DNA of 64,000 nt, from NCBI GenBank assembly GCA_950097015.1, contig CATNEN010000024.1:2728001-2792000 (forward strand), given 5' to 3'. Both the position numbers and the translations under genes were made by a program. The stretch is from Macrostomum hystrix (Eukaryota; Animalia; Platyhelminthes). The notes below the pieces were generated by a model. It was not told where the DNA came from, searched no databases, and worked only from the letters and a program-made list of their open reading frames with translations. Each line of letters starts with the position of its first letter. The stretch's first letter is position 1. Of the stretch, positions 12,608 through 27,000 are shown one piece after another.

Positions 12608-13762
12608 CGAGGGCTATCCCAAAAGTAAGTTTCGGTCAACAATAAAAAGCGAACAGTTTAAAGGAAAGTCTTAAAACTTTAACAGTAGTCAAAAACAGGT
12701 CATAGTTACTCCACAAATTTGCCGCCAAGGTCCACGCACTTTTGCCAGCGCCGTACCCACGCTATAAAGGCAGCATCGCAGCCGCCGGTTGCCAGATGCC
12801 GCAAAGCTGATGAAGCATTGTTGTTTATCTGCTCCACAGAGGCAAAACGTTGTCCACGAAGGCTCTCCTTCATTCTGGGAAATATATAGAAGTCCGCTGG
12901 AGCCAAATCAGGTGAATAGCGTGGCTGTGCCAGGACCTCCCAGTTCCAGGACTCCAGGAGCTCCTCCACTCTTCTGGCGCGGTGCACAGGTGCGGTGTCG
13001 TGGTGAAAAATCACGCCTCTCTCCAGCAAACCAGGCCGCTTTTTCCTGATGGCTGGCCTCAATTTTTCTTGCAGTACCCATCGGTAATATTCTGCATTTA
13101 CCTTGGTGCCGATTGGCACTGGCCAGTCCACCAGGACCCCATGGATGTCAAAGAAGACTATGTGCATCACCTTCAAGGAGCTCTGCTTCCGTTGAACCTT
13201 CTCAGGACTCGCTGATCCCCTTGGAAGCCACTGTGCTGACTGGCGCTTGAGCTCAGGATCCCACTCGTAGACCCATGTCTCGTCTCCTGTCATAATTCTG
13301 CTGAGAAAGTTGCTTCCCTCTCGATTAAACCGTCGAAGGTGCTCTTGCGCCAGGGTCACCCTCTCCTTCATTTGGTCCTCAGTCAGGAGATGAGGCACCC
13401 ACTTTGCGAAGATCTTCTGCATGTTCAGCTGCTCAGTAAGAATGCGATGCACTGTGCTGTGAGGAATGTCCAGGAGGTCGTCGATCTCATTGCAAGTCAA
13501 TCTGCTGTCAACAGTGACTGCAGCTTTGACACGCTCGGCATTTGCATCAGTGGTGGCAAATCGTGGTCTTCCATCGACAGCCTGCCTCCTTGAACTTCAC
13601 GGACCCATTTCCGAACCCTTTGAATTGAGACTGCATTCGCTTTAAAACTTTTGGTGCCTTTTGCCATAGACATATTGATTCAGGAATGACTAACCGCGTT
13701 TGCCAAAAATGTACTTAAGAAAATTTATAATGCAGCGAAACTTTTTTTTGGGATAGCCCTCG
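12608..13762 (-). mobile_element. Mariner (Tc1/mariner DD34D) DNA transposon, 1155 bp, probably defective
   Basis: 27-bp TIRs with 2 mismatches: CGAGGGCTATCCCAAAAGTAAGTTTCG (12608-12634) and the reverse complement of 13736-13762. TA target duplication at 12606-07 and 13763-64, splitting a GCCTG-TA-AATAG satellite unit. Transposase on the minus strand. Confidence 0.96.
12706..13673 (-). pseudogene. Mariner transposase: intact catalytic domain (ORF 12706-13500), frameshifted and apparently shortened N-terminal HTH
   Basis: Motifs WVPHLL, TGDETW, HHDTAPVH and YSPDLAPADF, with 34 residues between the 2nd and 3rd Asp. The long frame extends upstream only to a TGA at about 13597. The ATG at 13673 gives MSMAKGTKSFKANAVSIQRVRKWVRE in a different frame. 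Confidence 0.8.
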
Positions 13763-13827
13763 TAAATAGCAGTGAATAGCCTGTAAATAGTAGTGTGTAA
13801 GCCTGTAAATAGCAGTGTGTAAGCCTG
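13763..13827. repeat. Right-hand remnant (about 3 units) of the 21-bp satellite beyond the mariner
   Basis: TAAATAGCAGTGAATAGCCTGTAAATAGTAGTGTGTAAGCCTG continues the interrupted unit. Confidence 0.92.
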
Positions 13828-14434
13828 AAAAACGTATAGTCCGCTATTTGGCAGCTAGCTAGGTTTGATCCATTGATTGTCCCAACTTATGGGTACAGTA
13901 CGTTCACAGATCTGATAAATTACGATAACACGGGTCACATTGTTAAGTGATAAACACGATATCAAGGTTTTGATGCAGCCTATTGTTCCTTTTCATCCTT
14001 GACCTGTATACAAGTGCGTACAGTCTGATTGATAGTGTTTCTAGCTGAAACCGCTAGGCAACGAACGCCTACGATGCTTGCCAAACATAGCATCTCATAG
14101 CCTTGGTTCGTCCTATGCTAAGGATACTTTCATCTAAATTATTAATCAATATGGGATGAATTATTCCTAATTTACCTTCCCGGAATAGATGCAATGTATG
14201 TCCGCACCAAAAGTGGTGTTGTTGAGGACTTTGCCGATTAAAAGTGCGCCTAGGTGGTGGCGAAGGAATAGATCGGCAGTATGTTTTAATTGCCGTTGAG
14301 TTCTATCGCAACAAAAGCCATAAATAATTGAGGCTGGCGTCAGGGCGCGCGTATGTTATTAGTAAAAAAAATTTAGAAATAATCTTTAGCAGCTTACAAT
14401 GAGACTGGGATGCCGAAAGGGCTGTTGTCCAGCA

Positions 14435-14510
14435 GTTGCCAACGGTAACGACCAATGGCGCAATGGCCCAGATTGGTGCTATAAAACACGGCGATAAGCG
14501 GCTCATTGGG
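14435..14510 (+). promoter_or_regulatory. Candidate promoter of the mucin gene: X-box-like, CCAAT x2, TATA, Inr-like
   Basis: GTTGCC-AAC-GGTAAC 14435-14449, CCAAT 14452-56, ATTGG 14472-76, TATAAAA 14480-86, TCATT 14503-07. A possible 5'UTR intron starts at G|GTAAGC 14642. Confidence 0.45.
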
Positions 14511-14883
14511 TCTTGCTGCCAATAGCACTCAGCAACAGTCTCTAAGAATCCTGCTGTGAAAGCTTAACTGAAGCATAGGAAACTGCAAAAAAATCATCAA
14601 GGCTATTCTAAGAGCCAGACATGATACAAGGAATCGCATTGGTAAGCTTCGATGTATTGATGTTTTAATTTCTATGAGTTAATAATTATTTAAATGTACT
14701 CTGAATAGTAAATGCAAGTAAATATCATCAACATACAAGTACGAGATTCTAAAACATTTTATAAGTAAAAATATCTAAGAGTGATTACGAGTTACGAGTA
14801 AATAAAGACTAAATATGCTGAACAATTACTCGTACGCTCGTTGGCAGTTGGCTCGGCGACTGATAAGTGCAGCGAGACTCGAC

Positions 14884-15046
14884 ATGGAAAAGTTCAGAAT
14901 CCTTCTTGTTGTCATCCTTGGTAAGTTAGAATCACGCAGCTAAAGAACAATTTTGGACAAAAATGTACTAAAAATATTACAATGCTTCATTCAAACCTCA
15001 ATGAAATCTTCAGTTTTGACTCTGCAGTGTAATGTTGCCTTTGCCG
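14884..15046 (+). CDS. Mucin exons 1-2: signal peptide
   Basis: 14884-14920 plus 15014-15046 give [23 protein letters not shown]: basic N-region, hydrophobic core and an AFA cleavage motif. Both donors are G|GTAAG. Confidence 0.8.
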
Positions 15047-18000
15047 GTAAGCTCCTTGTCAATGTTAATGAGTTAACGCGTTTAGTCTTTCGTTAATACA
15101 TCCGTGAAATGTACACAGCCTTCTCCCAATTCATCTTCAGCAACGACATCCAGTGACTCCACAGCAACACCAACGACAGTGGATGCATCCACTACCCATT
15201 CAATAACTAGCACAGGCACAACCTCAGCTACAAATCTGACGACAAACACACTGACAACAACAGCGACCACCGCGACATCAATAACCGAGACAACATCAGT
15301 CACCACTCCGGCTACAACAACCACAACTCCTTTGACAACGACGGAGACTACAACAACGGCTACACCGACAACAACAACGACAACTCCAACAACAACCACT
15401 GAGACAACCACTACGACCACTCCGACTACAACCACTGCGACAACCACTACGACCACTCCGAATACAACAACCACAGCTCCATCAGCAACAACGGAGACAA
15501 CCACTACGACCACTCCGACTACGAGCACTACGACCCTACCAACTACAACATCCACAACTCCAACAACAACCACTGAGACAACCACTACGACCACTCCGAC
15601 AACGACCACAACGACCACACCGCCAACGACAACGACAACCACAACTCCGACAACAACCACAAAGACAACAACTACGACCAGTCCGACAACAACCACAGAG
15701 ACAACAACTACGACCAGTCCGACTACGACCACAACGACCACACCAACAACAACAACCACAACTCCAACAACAACCACTGAGACAACAACGACGACCACTC
15801 CGACTCCGACCACTACGACCACACCGACAACGACAACGACTATTCCGACTACGACAACCACAACTCCGACAACGACAACCACAACTCCGACAACGACAAC
15901 CACAACTCCGACAACAACCACAGAGACAACGACAACGACTACTCCGACTACGACAACCACAACTCCGACAACGACAACCACAACTCCGACAACGACAACC
16001 ACAACTCCGACAACAACCACAGAGACAACAACTACGACCACTTCGACTACGACCACAACCACAACTCCGACAACGACAACCACAACTCCGACAACGACAT
16101 CCACAACTCCGACAACAACCACAGAGACAACAACTACGACCAGTCCGACTACGACCACAACGACCACACCAACAACAACAACCACAACTCCAACAACAAC
16201 CACTGAGCCAACAACTACCACCACTCCGACAACGACAACCACAACTCCATTGACGACTACGGAGACAACAACCACGACAACTCCGACTACCACCACAACG
16301 ACCACACCGACAACGACATCCACAACTCCGACAACGACAACCACAACTCCGACAACAACCACAGAGACAACAACTACCACAACTCCAACAACAACCACTG
16401 AGCCAACAACTACCACCACTCCGACAACGACAACCACAACTCCATTGACGACTACGGAGACAACAACCACGACAACTCCGACTACCACCACAACGACCAC
16501 ACCGACAACGACATCCACAACTCCGACAACGACAACCACAACTCCGACAACAACCACAGAGACAACAACTACCACAACTCCAACAACAACCACTGAGCCA
16601 ACAACTACCACCACTCCGACAACGACAACCACAACTCCATTGACGACTAAGGAGACAACAACCACGACCACTCCAACTACGACAATAACCACCACACCGA
16701 CAACAACAACCACAACTCCGACAACGACAACCACAACTCCGACAACGACAACCACAACTCCATTGACAACTACGGAGACAACAACCACGACCACTCCGAC
16801 TACGACCACAACGACCACACCGACAACAACAACCACAACTCCAACAACAACCACTGAGACAACAACGACGACCACTCCGACTCCGACCACTACGACCACA
16901 CCGACAACGACAACGACTATTCCGACTACGACAACCACAACTCCGACAACGACAACCACAACTCCGACAACGACAACCACAACTCCGACAACGACAACCA
17001 CAACTCCGACAACAACCACAGAGACAACAACTACGACCACTCCGACTACGACAACAACCACAACTCCGACAACGACAACCACAACTCCGACAACGACATC
17101 CACAACTCCGACAACAACCACAGAGACAACAACTACGACCAGTCCGACTACGACCACAACGACCACACCAACAACAACAACCACAACTCCAACAACAACC
17201 ACTGAGCCAACAACTACCACCACTCCGACAACGACAACCACAACTCCATTGACGACTACGGAAACAACAACCACGACAACTCCAACGACGACCACAACGA
17301 CCACACCGACAACGACAATCACAACTCCGACAACGACAACCACAACTCCGACAACGACAACCACAACTCCGACAACAACCACAGAGACAACAACTACGAC
17401 CACTCCGACAACGACCACAACCACAACTCCGACAACGACAACCACAACTCCGACAACGACATCCACAACTCCGACAACAACCACAGAGACAACAACTACG
17501 ACCAGTCCGACTACGACCACAACGACCACACCAACAACAACAACCACAACTCCAACAACAACCATTGAGCCAACAACTACCACCACTCCGACAACGACAA
17601 CCACAACTCCATTGATGACTACGGAGACAACAACCACGACCACTCCGACTACGACCACAACCACCACACCGACAACGACAACCACAACTCCGACAACAAC
17701 AACCACAACTCCGACAACGACAACCACAACTCCGACAACAACCACAGAGACAACAACTACCACAACTCCAACAACAACCACTGAGCCAACAACTACCACC
17801 ACTCCGACAACGACAACCACAACTCCATTGACGACTACGGAGACAACAACCACGACCACTCCGACTACGACAACAACGACCACACCGACAACGACAACCA
17901 CAACTCCGACAACGACAACCACAACTCCGACAACGACAACCACAACTCCATTGACAACTACGGAGACAACAACCACGACCACTCCGACTACGACCACAAC

Positions 18001-21000
18001 GACCACACCGACAACAACAACCACAACTTTAACAACAACCACTGAGACAACAACTACGACCACTCCGACTACGACCACAACCACAACTCCGACAACGACA
18101 ACCACAAATCCGACAACGACATCCACAACTCCGACAACAACCACAGAGACAACAACTACGACCAGTCCGACTACGACCACAACGACCACACCAACAACAA
18201 CAACCACAACTCCAACAACAACCACTGAGCCAACAACTACCACCACTCCGACAACGACAACCACAATTCCATTGACGACTACGGAGACAACAACCACGAC
18301 CACTCCGACGACGACCACACCGACAACGACAACCACAACTCCGACAACGACAACCACAATTCCATTGACGACTACGGAGACAGCAACCACGACCACTCCG
18401 ACGACGACCACACCGACAACGACAACCACAACTCCGACAACGACAACCACAAGTCCGACAACGACAACCACAACTGCGACAACAACCACAGAGACAACAA
18501 CTACCACAACTCCAACAACAACCACTGAGCCAACAACTACCACCACTCCGACAACGACAACCACAACTCCATTGACGACTACGGAGACAACAACCACGAC
18601 CACTCCGACTACGACAACAACGACCACACCGACAACGACAACCACAACTCCGACAACGACAACCACAACTCCGACAACGACAACCACAACTCCATTGACA
18701 ACTACGGAGACAACAACCACGACCACTCCGACTACGACCACAACGACCACACCGACAACAACAACCACAACTTTAACAACAACCACTGAGACAACAACTA
18801 CGACCACTCCGACTACGACCACAACCACAACTCCGACAACGACAACCACAAATCCGACAACGACATCCACAACTCCGACAACAACCACAGAGACAACAAC
18901 TACGACCAGTCCGACTACGACCACAACGACCACACCAACAACAACAACCACAACTCCAACAACAACCACTGAGCCAACAACTACCACCACTCCGACAACG
19001 ACAACCACAATTCCATTGACGACTACGGAGACAACAACCACGACCACTCCGACGACGACCACACCGACAACGACAACCACAACTCCGACAACGACAACCA
19101 CAATTCCATTGACGACTACGGAGACAGCAACCACGACCACTCCGACGACGACCACACCGACAACGACAACCACAACTCCGACAACGACAACCACAAGTCC
19201 GACAACGACAACCACAACTGCGACAACAACCACAGAGACAACAACTACGACCACTCCGACTACGACCACAACCACAACTCCGACAACGACAACCACAACT
19301 CCGACAACGACAACCACAACTCCGACAACGACAACCACAACTCCGACAACAACCACAGAGACAACAACTACCACAACTCCAACAACAACCACTGAGCCAA
19401 CAACTACCACCACTCCGACAACGACAACCACAACTCCATTGACGACTACGGAGACAACAACTACGACCACTCCGACTACGACAACAACCACCACACCGAC
19501 AACGACAACCACAACTCCGACAACGACAACCACAAGTCCGACAACGACAACCACAACTGCGACAACAACCACAGAGACAACAACTACGACCACTCCGACT
19601 ACGACCACAACCACAACTCCGACAACGACAACCACAACTCCGACAACGACAACCACAACTCCGACAACGACAACCACAACTCCGACAACAACCACAGAGA
19701 CAACAACTACCACAACTCCAACAACAACCACTGAGCCAACAACTACCACCACTCCGACAACGACAACCACAACTCCATTGACGACTACGGAGACAACAAC
19801 TACGACCACTCCGACTACGACAACAACCACCACACCGACAACGACAACCACAACTCCGACAACGACAACCACAACTCCGACAACGACAACCACAACTCCA
19901 TTGACAACTACGGAGACAACAACCACGACCACTCCGACTACGACCACAACGACCACACCGACAACAACAACCACAACTCCAACAACAACCACTGAGACAA
20001 CAACGACGACCACTCCGACTCCGACCACTACGACCACACCGACAACGACAACGTCTACTCCGACTACGACAACCACAACTCCGACAACGACAACCACAAC
20101 TCCGACAACGACAACCACAACTCCGACAACGACAACCACAACTCCGACAACAACCACAGAGACAACAACTACGACCACTCCGACTACGACCACAACCACA
20201 ACTCCGACAACGACAACCACAACTCCGACAACGACATCCACAACTCCGACAACGACATCCACAACTCCGACAACAACCACAGAGACAACAACTACGACCA
20301 GTCCGACTACGACCACAACGACCACACCAACAACAACAACCACAACTCCAACAACAACCACTGAGCCAACAACTACCACCACTCCGACAACGACAACCAC
20401 AACTCCATTGACGACTACGGAGACAACAACCACGACCACTCCGACTACGACCACAACGACCACACCGACAACAACAACCACAACTCCAACAACAACCACA
20501 ACTCCAACAACAACCCCTGAGACAACAACGACGACCACTCCGACTACGACCACTACGACCACACCGACAACGACAACGACTACTCCGACTACGACAACCA
20601 CAACTCCGACAACGACAACCACAACTCCGACAACGACAACCACAACTCCATTGACGACTACGGAGACAACAACCACGACCACTCCGACTACGACCACAAC
20701 GACCACACCGACAACAACAACCACAACTCCAACAACAACCACAGAGACAACAACTACGACCAGTCCGACTACGACCACTTCGACCACACCGACAACGACA
20801 ACGACAACTCCGACAACGACAACCACAAATCCGACAACGACAACCACAACTCCGACAACGACAACCACAACTCCAACAACAACCACTGAGACAACAACCA
20901 CAACTCCGACAACGACAACCACAACTCCAACAACAACCACTGAGACAACAACTACGACAACTTCGACTACGACCACTTCGACCACACCGACAACGACAAC

Positions 21001-24000
21001 GACAACTCCGACAACACCCACAACTCCGACAACAACCACAACTCCGACAACAACCACAACTCCAACAACGACAACAACGACTCCGACGACAACAACCACC
21101 ACTCCGACTACGACCACCACAACTCTGACAACCACCACTGAAACAACCACTCCCACAACGACAACAACAACTCCAACAACGACAACAACGACTACAACTC
21201 CAACAACAACCACTGAAGCAACCACTACAACCACTCCCACAACGACTACAACAACCACAGCTCCGACAACGACAACCACAACTCCAACTACGACAACCAC
21301 AACTCCGACAACAACAATTACAACTCCAACAACAACCACTGAGACAACAACTACGACCGCTCCAACTACGACTACCACGACTACTCCGACTACGACCACT
21401 ACGACCACACCGACAACGACAACTACAACTCCGACAACCACCACTGAAACAACCACTACAACCACTCCGACAACCACAACGACAACCACAACTCCAACAA
21501 CGACAACCACAACTCCGACAACGACAACCACAACTCCGACAACAACAACCACAACTCCGACAACAACAACTACAAGTCTGACAACCACCACTGAAACAAC
21601 CACTACAACCACTCCCACAACAACAACCACAACTCCAACAACAACCACTGAGACAACAACTACGACCATTCCGACTACGACTAGCATGACCACTCCGACT
21701 ACGACCTCTTCGACCACACCGACAACGACAACAACTCCAACAACGACAACCACAACTCCGACAACGACAACCACAACTCCGACAACGACAACCACAACTC
21801 CGACAATCACCACTGAAACAACCACTCCCACAACGACAACAACAACTCCAACAACCACAACCACAACTCCAACAACGACAACCACAACACCGACAACAAC
21901 GACTACAACTCCAACAACAACCACTGAAACAGCCACTACAACCACTCCCATAACGACTACGACAACACCGACAACGACAACCACAACTCCGACAACAACA
22001 ACCACAACTCCATTGACAACTACGGAGACAACAACCACGACCAATCCGACTACGACCACAACGACCACACCGACAACAACAACCACAACTCCAACAACAA
22101 CCACTGAGACAACAACTACGACCACTCCGACTACGACCACCACGACCACTCCGGGTACGACCACTTCGACCACACCGACAACTACAACCACAACTCCATT
22201 GACAACTACGGAGGCAACAACCACGACCACTCCGACTACGACCACAACGACCACACCGACAACGGCAACCACAACTCTGACAACCACCACTGAAACAACC
22301 ACTACAACCACTCCCACAACGACAACGACAACACCGACAACGACAACCACAACTCCAACAACGGCAAGCACAACTCCGACAACGACGACTACAACTCCAA
22401 CAACAACCACTGAAGCAACCACTTCAACCACTCCCACAACGATAACAACAACCACAACTCCGTCAACGACAACTCCGACTCCGACATCAACTCCGACAAC
22501 ATCCACAGAGACAACAACTACCACCACTCAGACGACAACAACCACAACTCCAACAACAACCACTGAGACAATAACTACGACCACTCCAACTACGACCACT
22601 ACGACCACTCCGACAGCGACAACCACAACTCCGACAACGACTACGACCACTCCGACAATGACAACCACAACTCCGACAATGACAACCACAAATCCGACAA
22701 CGACAACCACAACTCCGACAACAACCACGGAGACAACAACTACGACCACTCCGACTACGACCACTGCGACCACACCGACAACGACAACCACAACTCCAAC
22801 AACGACAACCCCAACTCCAACAACGACAACCACAACTCCGATAACGACAACCACAACTCCGACAACGACAACCACAACTCCGACAACAACCACGGAGACA
22901 ACAACTATGACCACCCCGACTTCGACCACTACGACCAGTCCGACAACAATAACTCCAACAACGACAACCACAACTCCGACAACGACAACCACAACTCCGA
23001 CAACGACAACCACAACTCCGACAATCACCACTGAAACAACCACTCCCACAACGACAACAACAACTCCAACAACTACAACCACAATCTCCACTGAAACAAC
23101 CACTCCCACAACGACAACAACAACCACAACTCCAACAACAACCACTGAGACAACAACTACGACCACTCCGACTACGACCACCACGACCACTCCGAGTACG
23201 ACCACTTCGACCACACCGACAACGACAACCACTGAGACAACCACAACTCCAACAAACACAACAACAACCACCGGGACAACAACAACGACTTCACTAACAA
23301 CAACGAGCTTAACTCCTACAACCATGGAAACAACAATCACGGCCAATCCGACTACGACCACTCCAACTACAGCAATCACAACACCATTAGCAACCACGGA
23401 GACTACGACAGCGACGTCTGGGACGACAACCACCGCGACTGCTCCATTGATAGCCACTGAAACAACTACTGCGACTGCTCCAAATTCGATTACTACAACC
23501 ACTCCGACTTCGACAACCATGACTTTGCCGACAACAGCAACCACAAATGCATGGACATCCGCCGAAACAACCACTATGACTGCTCCGACTACAGCCATTG
23601 GTACAACCGTGGCGGCAACTCCAACAATAAATTCCGCGACCACTCCGGCTGCAAACAGCACATATTCTGCGACATCAACAGAGACGACAACAGTGACCAG
23701 TGCCACTTCAATCTCTGCAGCTTCAGTGAATAACTCGGAGACACTCACAACGAGCAGTCCAACTACCCCTGTCGCGACGACTCCAAATACACTTACCACA
23801 GCAAATCTGACTTCAACTAGCTTGACTACCCCGACTGCATCCATTGCAACTTCAATGACCGCCGCTGAGATAACCTCAACGGCTACTCCGACGTCAATTA
23901 CAGCAACAAGCCCGTATACAACTTCTTTAAACGCTGCGACATCAAACTCAACGACTCAAATGGCAACCGCAGAGACAGCTACAACTACCAATCCAACTAA

Positions 24001-27000
24001 CACTACAGCAGCCACTCCGGCAACTACCACAACGAATACTCCAGTTGCAGCTACCTCGACCATTTCCACTCCCGCTACTAGTACCACAGCTGCGACAAGC
24101 CCTGAGACGTCGATCGTAACGACCTCTACCACTGGAGCATTAGCTTTGTCTTCGCCTACAACAAATCCTACTGCAGCCGACACCGCTTCGACAACAGCTA
24201 CAATTACTCCAACTACAACAACGATATCATCGCCGACCGCTTCGACAACAGCTACAATTACTCCAACTACAACAACGATATCATCGCCAACCGCTTCGAC
24301 ATCAGCTACAATTACTCCAACTACAACAACGATATCATCGCCGACCGCTTCGACAACAGCTACAATTACTCCAACTACAACAACGATATCATCGCCGACC
24401 GCTTCGACAACAGCTACAATTACTCCAACTACAACAACGATATCATCGCCGACCGCTTCGACAACAGCTACAATTACTCCAACTACAGCAACGATATCAT
24501 CGCCGACCGCTTCGGCGCCATCCGCAGCGACTACAGCGACTACAAAGACGACAACTGCAGGGGCAAGCACAATTGCCGCTTTGTATAGTACAACAACCAT
24601 TTCCTTGCCTGGTTCTAGCGGCGTTCACACTTCAACCGTTGACCCTTGTCTAACGCGCTTCTTCTACTCCGATTGGACAGTGCAGAACTGCAGCAGTGAA
24701 TGTGGTGTTTGCGTTAACACTCGCAGACGTTCATGCCGAGACAATTGTAATCGTCCCACTGCTGGTAGTGTCAGTTGTGAAAATTCTGGCCTAGGGCCTG
24801 ACACAGAGTCTTTTACCACCACACTGCCAGCGTGCATCGGTAAGAAGCAGAAAACTAGTTTTTATTTCTATCATTTTGATTCTACGACACCGAAAAATTA
24901 AAGAAGCAATTAATGTGTTTAAAACTAACATTTTTAGTCCCGGCGAATCCCTGCCTCCCGAATCCGTGTGGCCTGTCCTCCTCGGGCTGCTCCGTGACGC
25001 AGAAGAATGGCGAGACCACCTTTTTGTGTAGTTGCAACTTGGGCTACGCTGCAACCCAGGTTGGCGTTCCTTGCCAAGGTAACGCAACAAGTTTCTCGCG
25101 TTTGTAATTTCTCAATAGACTGATTTCAATGCCTCGCAAAAAACCGTGCTCTGCGCATCGTGGGAATCCTTGCAGATCTGAATGAGTGCTCACTGTCAAC
25201 CAACAAGTGCAGCACCAATGGCACACTGCATTTCGGAGTGAAAGCGTGTGTCAATACCATCGGCAGTTTCTACTGTGTATGCGACTCGGGCTACACAATT
25301 TCTGGCCAACAGTGCGTTGGTAAGTGCATTTTGATAAGCACACAACTCTGTAGAGTTGTTAGGGATCGGCATTTGTAGTGGTTAGAGTGGCTCGACTGAC
25401 GACTTAAAGGTCGGGAGCTCGATTCCTGACTCCACTGGAAAAATGTGTGTCCTTTAGCAAGACACTTGATGGGCTTAAATGGGCCCCAGCATCAGCTTGG
25501 GTAGTTGAGGGTGAGTGTGGCACCCCCCAGTCCATGGACTGAACAGCCGTACGCAGCCTTCAGAAACGCCGCGCAATAGCCGCGGCTGTGCTGTCAGCTG
25601 CGCATCTGGCCCAACTGGAGGAGGTGGAATAAAGAAAAAGTCTAGCTGTCTCTGAAAATTTAGCAGATGAATTCAACCGATTGTTCTAAAATTTAGACAT
25701 AAACGAGTGCTTAGACAGCTCACTGACCAAGTGCGACGTTAGTCCTCGAGGCGCCTGCGTCAACACAAACGGCAGCTACACCTGCGCTTGCCTTAATCCC
25801 TACAGCCAGAAGCTTGGAGTTAGCCAAAACTGTTGCAGTGAGTTAATTTGAGCACACTCAAGTCTACATAGTCATTTAAATTGAAGGTTGCATCAGACAA
25901 TCTTTAAACTGCATTTTCTATTGCTATCAAATTTTAATGAAGACCCGACGACGTCCAGCGTACCGTCTGGCTACGATGCTAGTTGGGACCTGCTGGCTGA
26001 TGACAAGCGCCTAATCTATCCGGCATCGAGAACTATGCGATTTCCGATAGGCGATCGATTGGCTTCTGGATTCTATGTGAGACGTGTTGCATTGCTCAGC
26101 TATACGCAATCTGGCGTTACACTTGCTTTGAATGAAACTAAACTTTGACAGCCATAGAGTCATGCACTCTGAGTGAGGGTAGAGACCCATGACAAATAAT
26201 GAATTTTTCACTGACGCAAGTTGGTTCGAAGTACTCAGCGAACCGACTATTTTGGATGTACTTTTCCCAGACCCATGAGCACACACACGCGCACAAGTGT
26301 GTTCATCCGCCTTGACTTTCTCATTGTCAAGCAGTGTACACTCTCAATGTGCCTTGCTGATATATTACACCACCAGCCGTAATTAATTTAGCCTCTCTAT
26401 GGACTCGAGCTCAGCTAGGGACTTTGGTGAAAGAAATTAAGGCTTCGCATTTTCGTTTTTCATGCCATCATTCATCCAGGCGACTAAGACGGGCGTCCTG
26501 GCCTTCACGGACCAGACGGCCGACTCGGCCACGAGCCGACTATCGGACGCCGGGCCGAACGGGTTCACACGCCCCGTCCCAATGTCCGGCCTGCCAAGCG
26601 CCTACCCGGACTATGACCCGGCGGCGCAGTATTGGATTAAAACACCCAGCTTGTGCGGCATTGTGGCAGCGTTCTGGTCTGTCAAGTACATCACAGCGGT
26701 GAGTTCTGCTCATAGATGAGTATTACGAACCTCCTGTGCTCATTTAACCTAGCCATTGCTTGACGTTCTGCTTCTTTTTCGATGACGCTGTTTTTTATAT
26801 TTCGTGACGACGTCCAAGTGTAACCCCTCCACCCCACCCAATCGCTTGGATGACAGTCGACTCAAATCACGGCCTACTCCTACGAGACCAATCCTGGTTC
26901 TGTCCGGGCGCATCTGCTCAGTGTTTCGCCTACTGCTCGCCTGCTCGAGTCACCCCAGTGGGCGGCCGCCGTGCATTACAGGCATTTGGCTGAGAGCTAC

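Noticed and set aside
6684-12642. Many LPVNSSV ORFs
   Set aside because: Translation of a 21-bp satellite from GTG/TTG starts.
15028-15119. Alternative acceptors at 15027, 15085 and 15118
   Set aside because: They give an immediate stop or the wrong phase; only 15013 and 15140 produce the signal peptide and the open PTS frame.
15082-24600. 2481-aa, 438-aa and 214-aa poly-Val ORFs on the minus strand
   Set aside because: Antisense shadow of ACN Thr codons (NGT/GTN-rich reverse strand). The plus frame has a signal peptide and splice partners.
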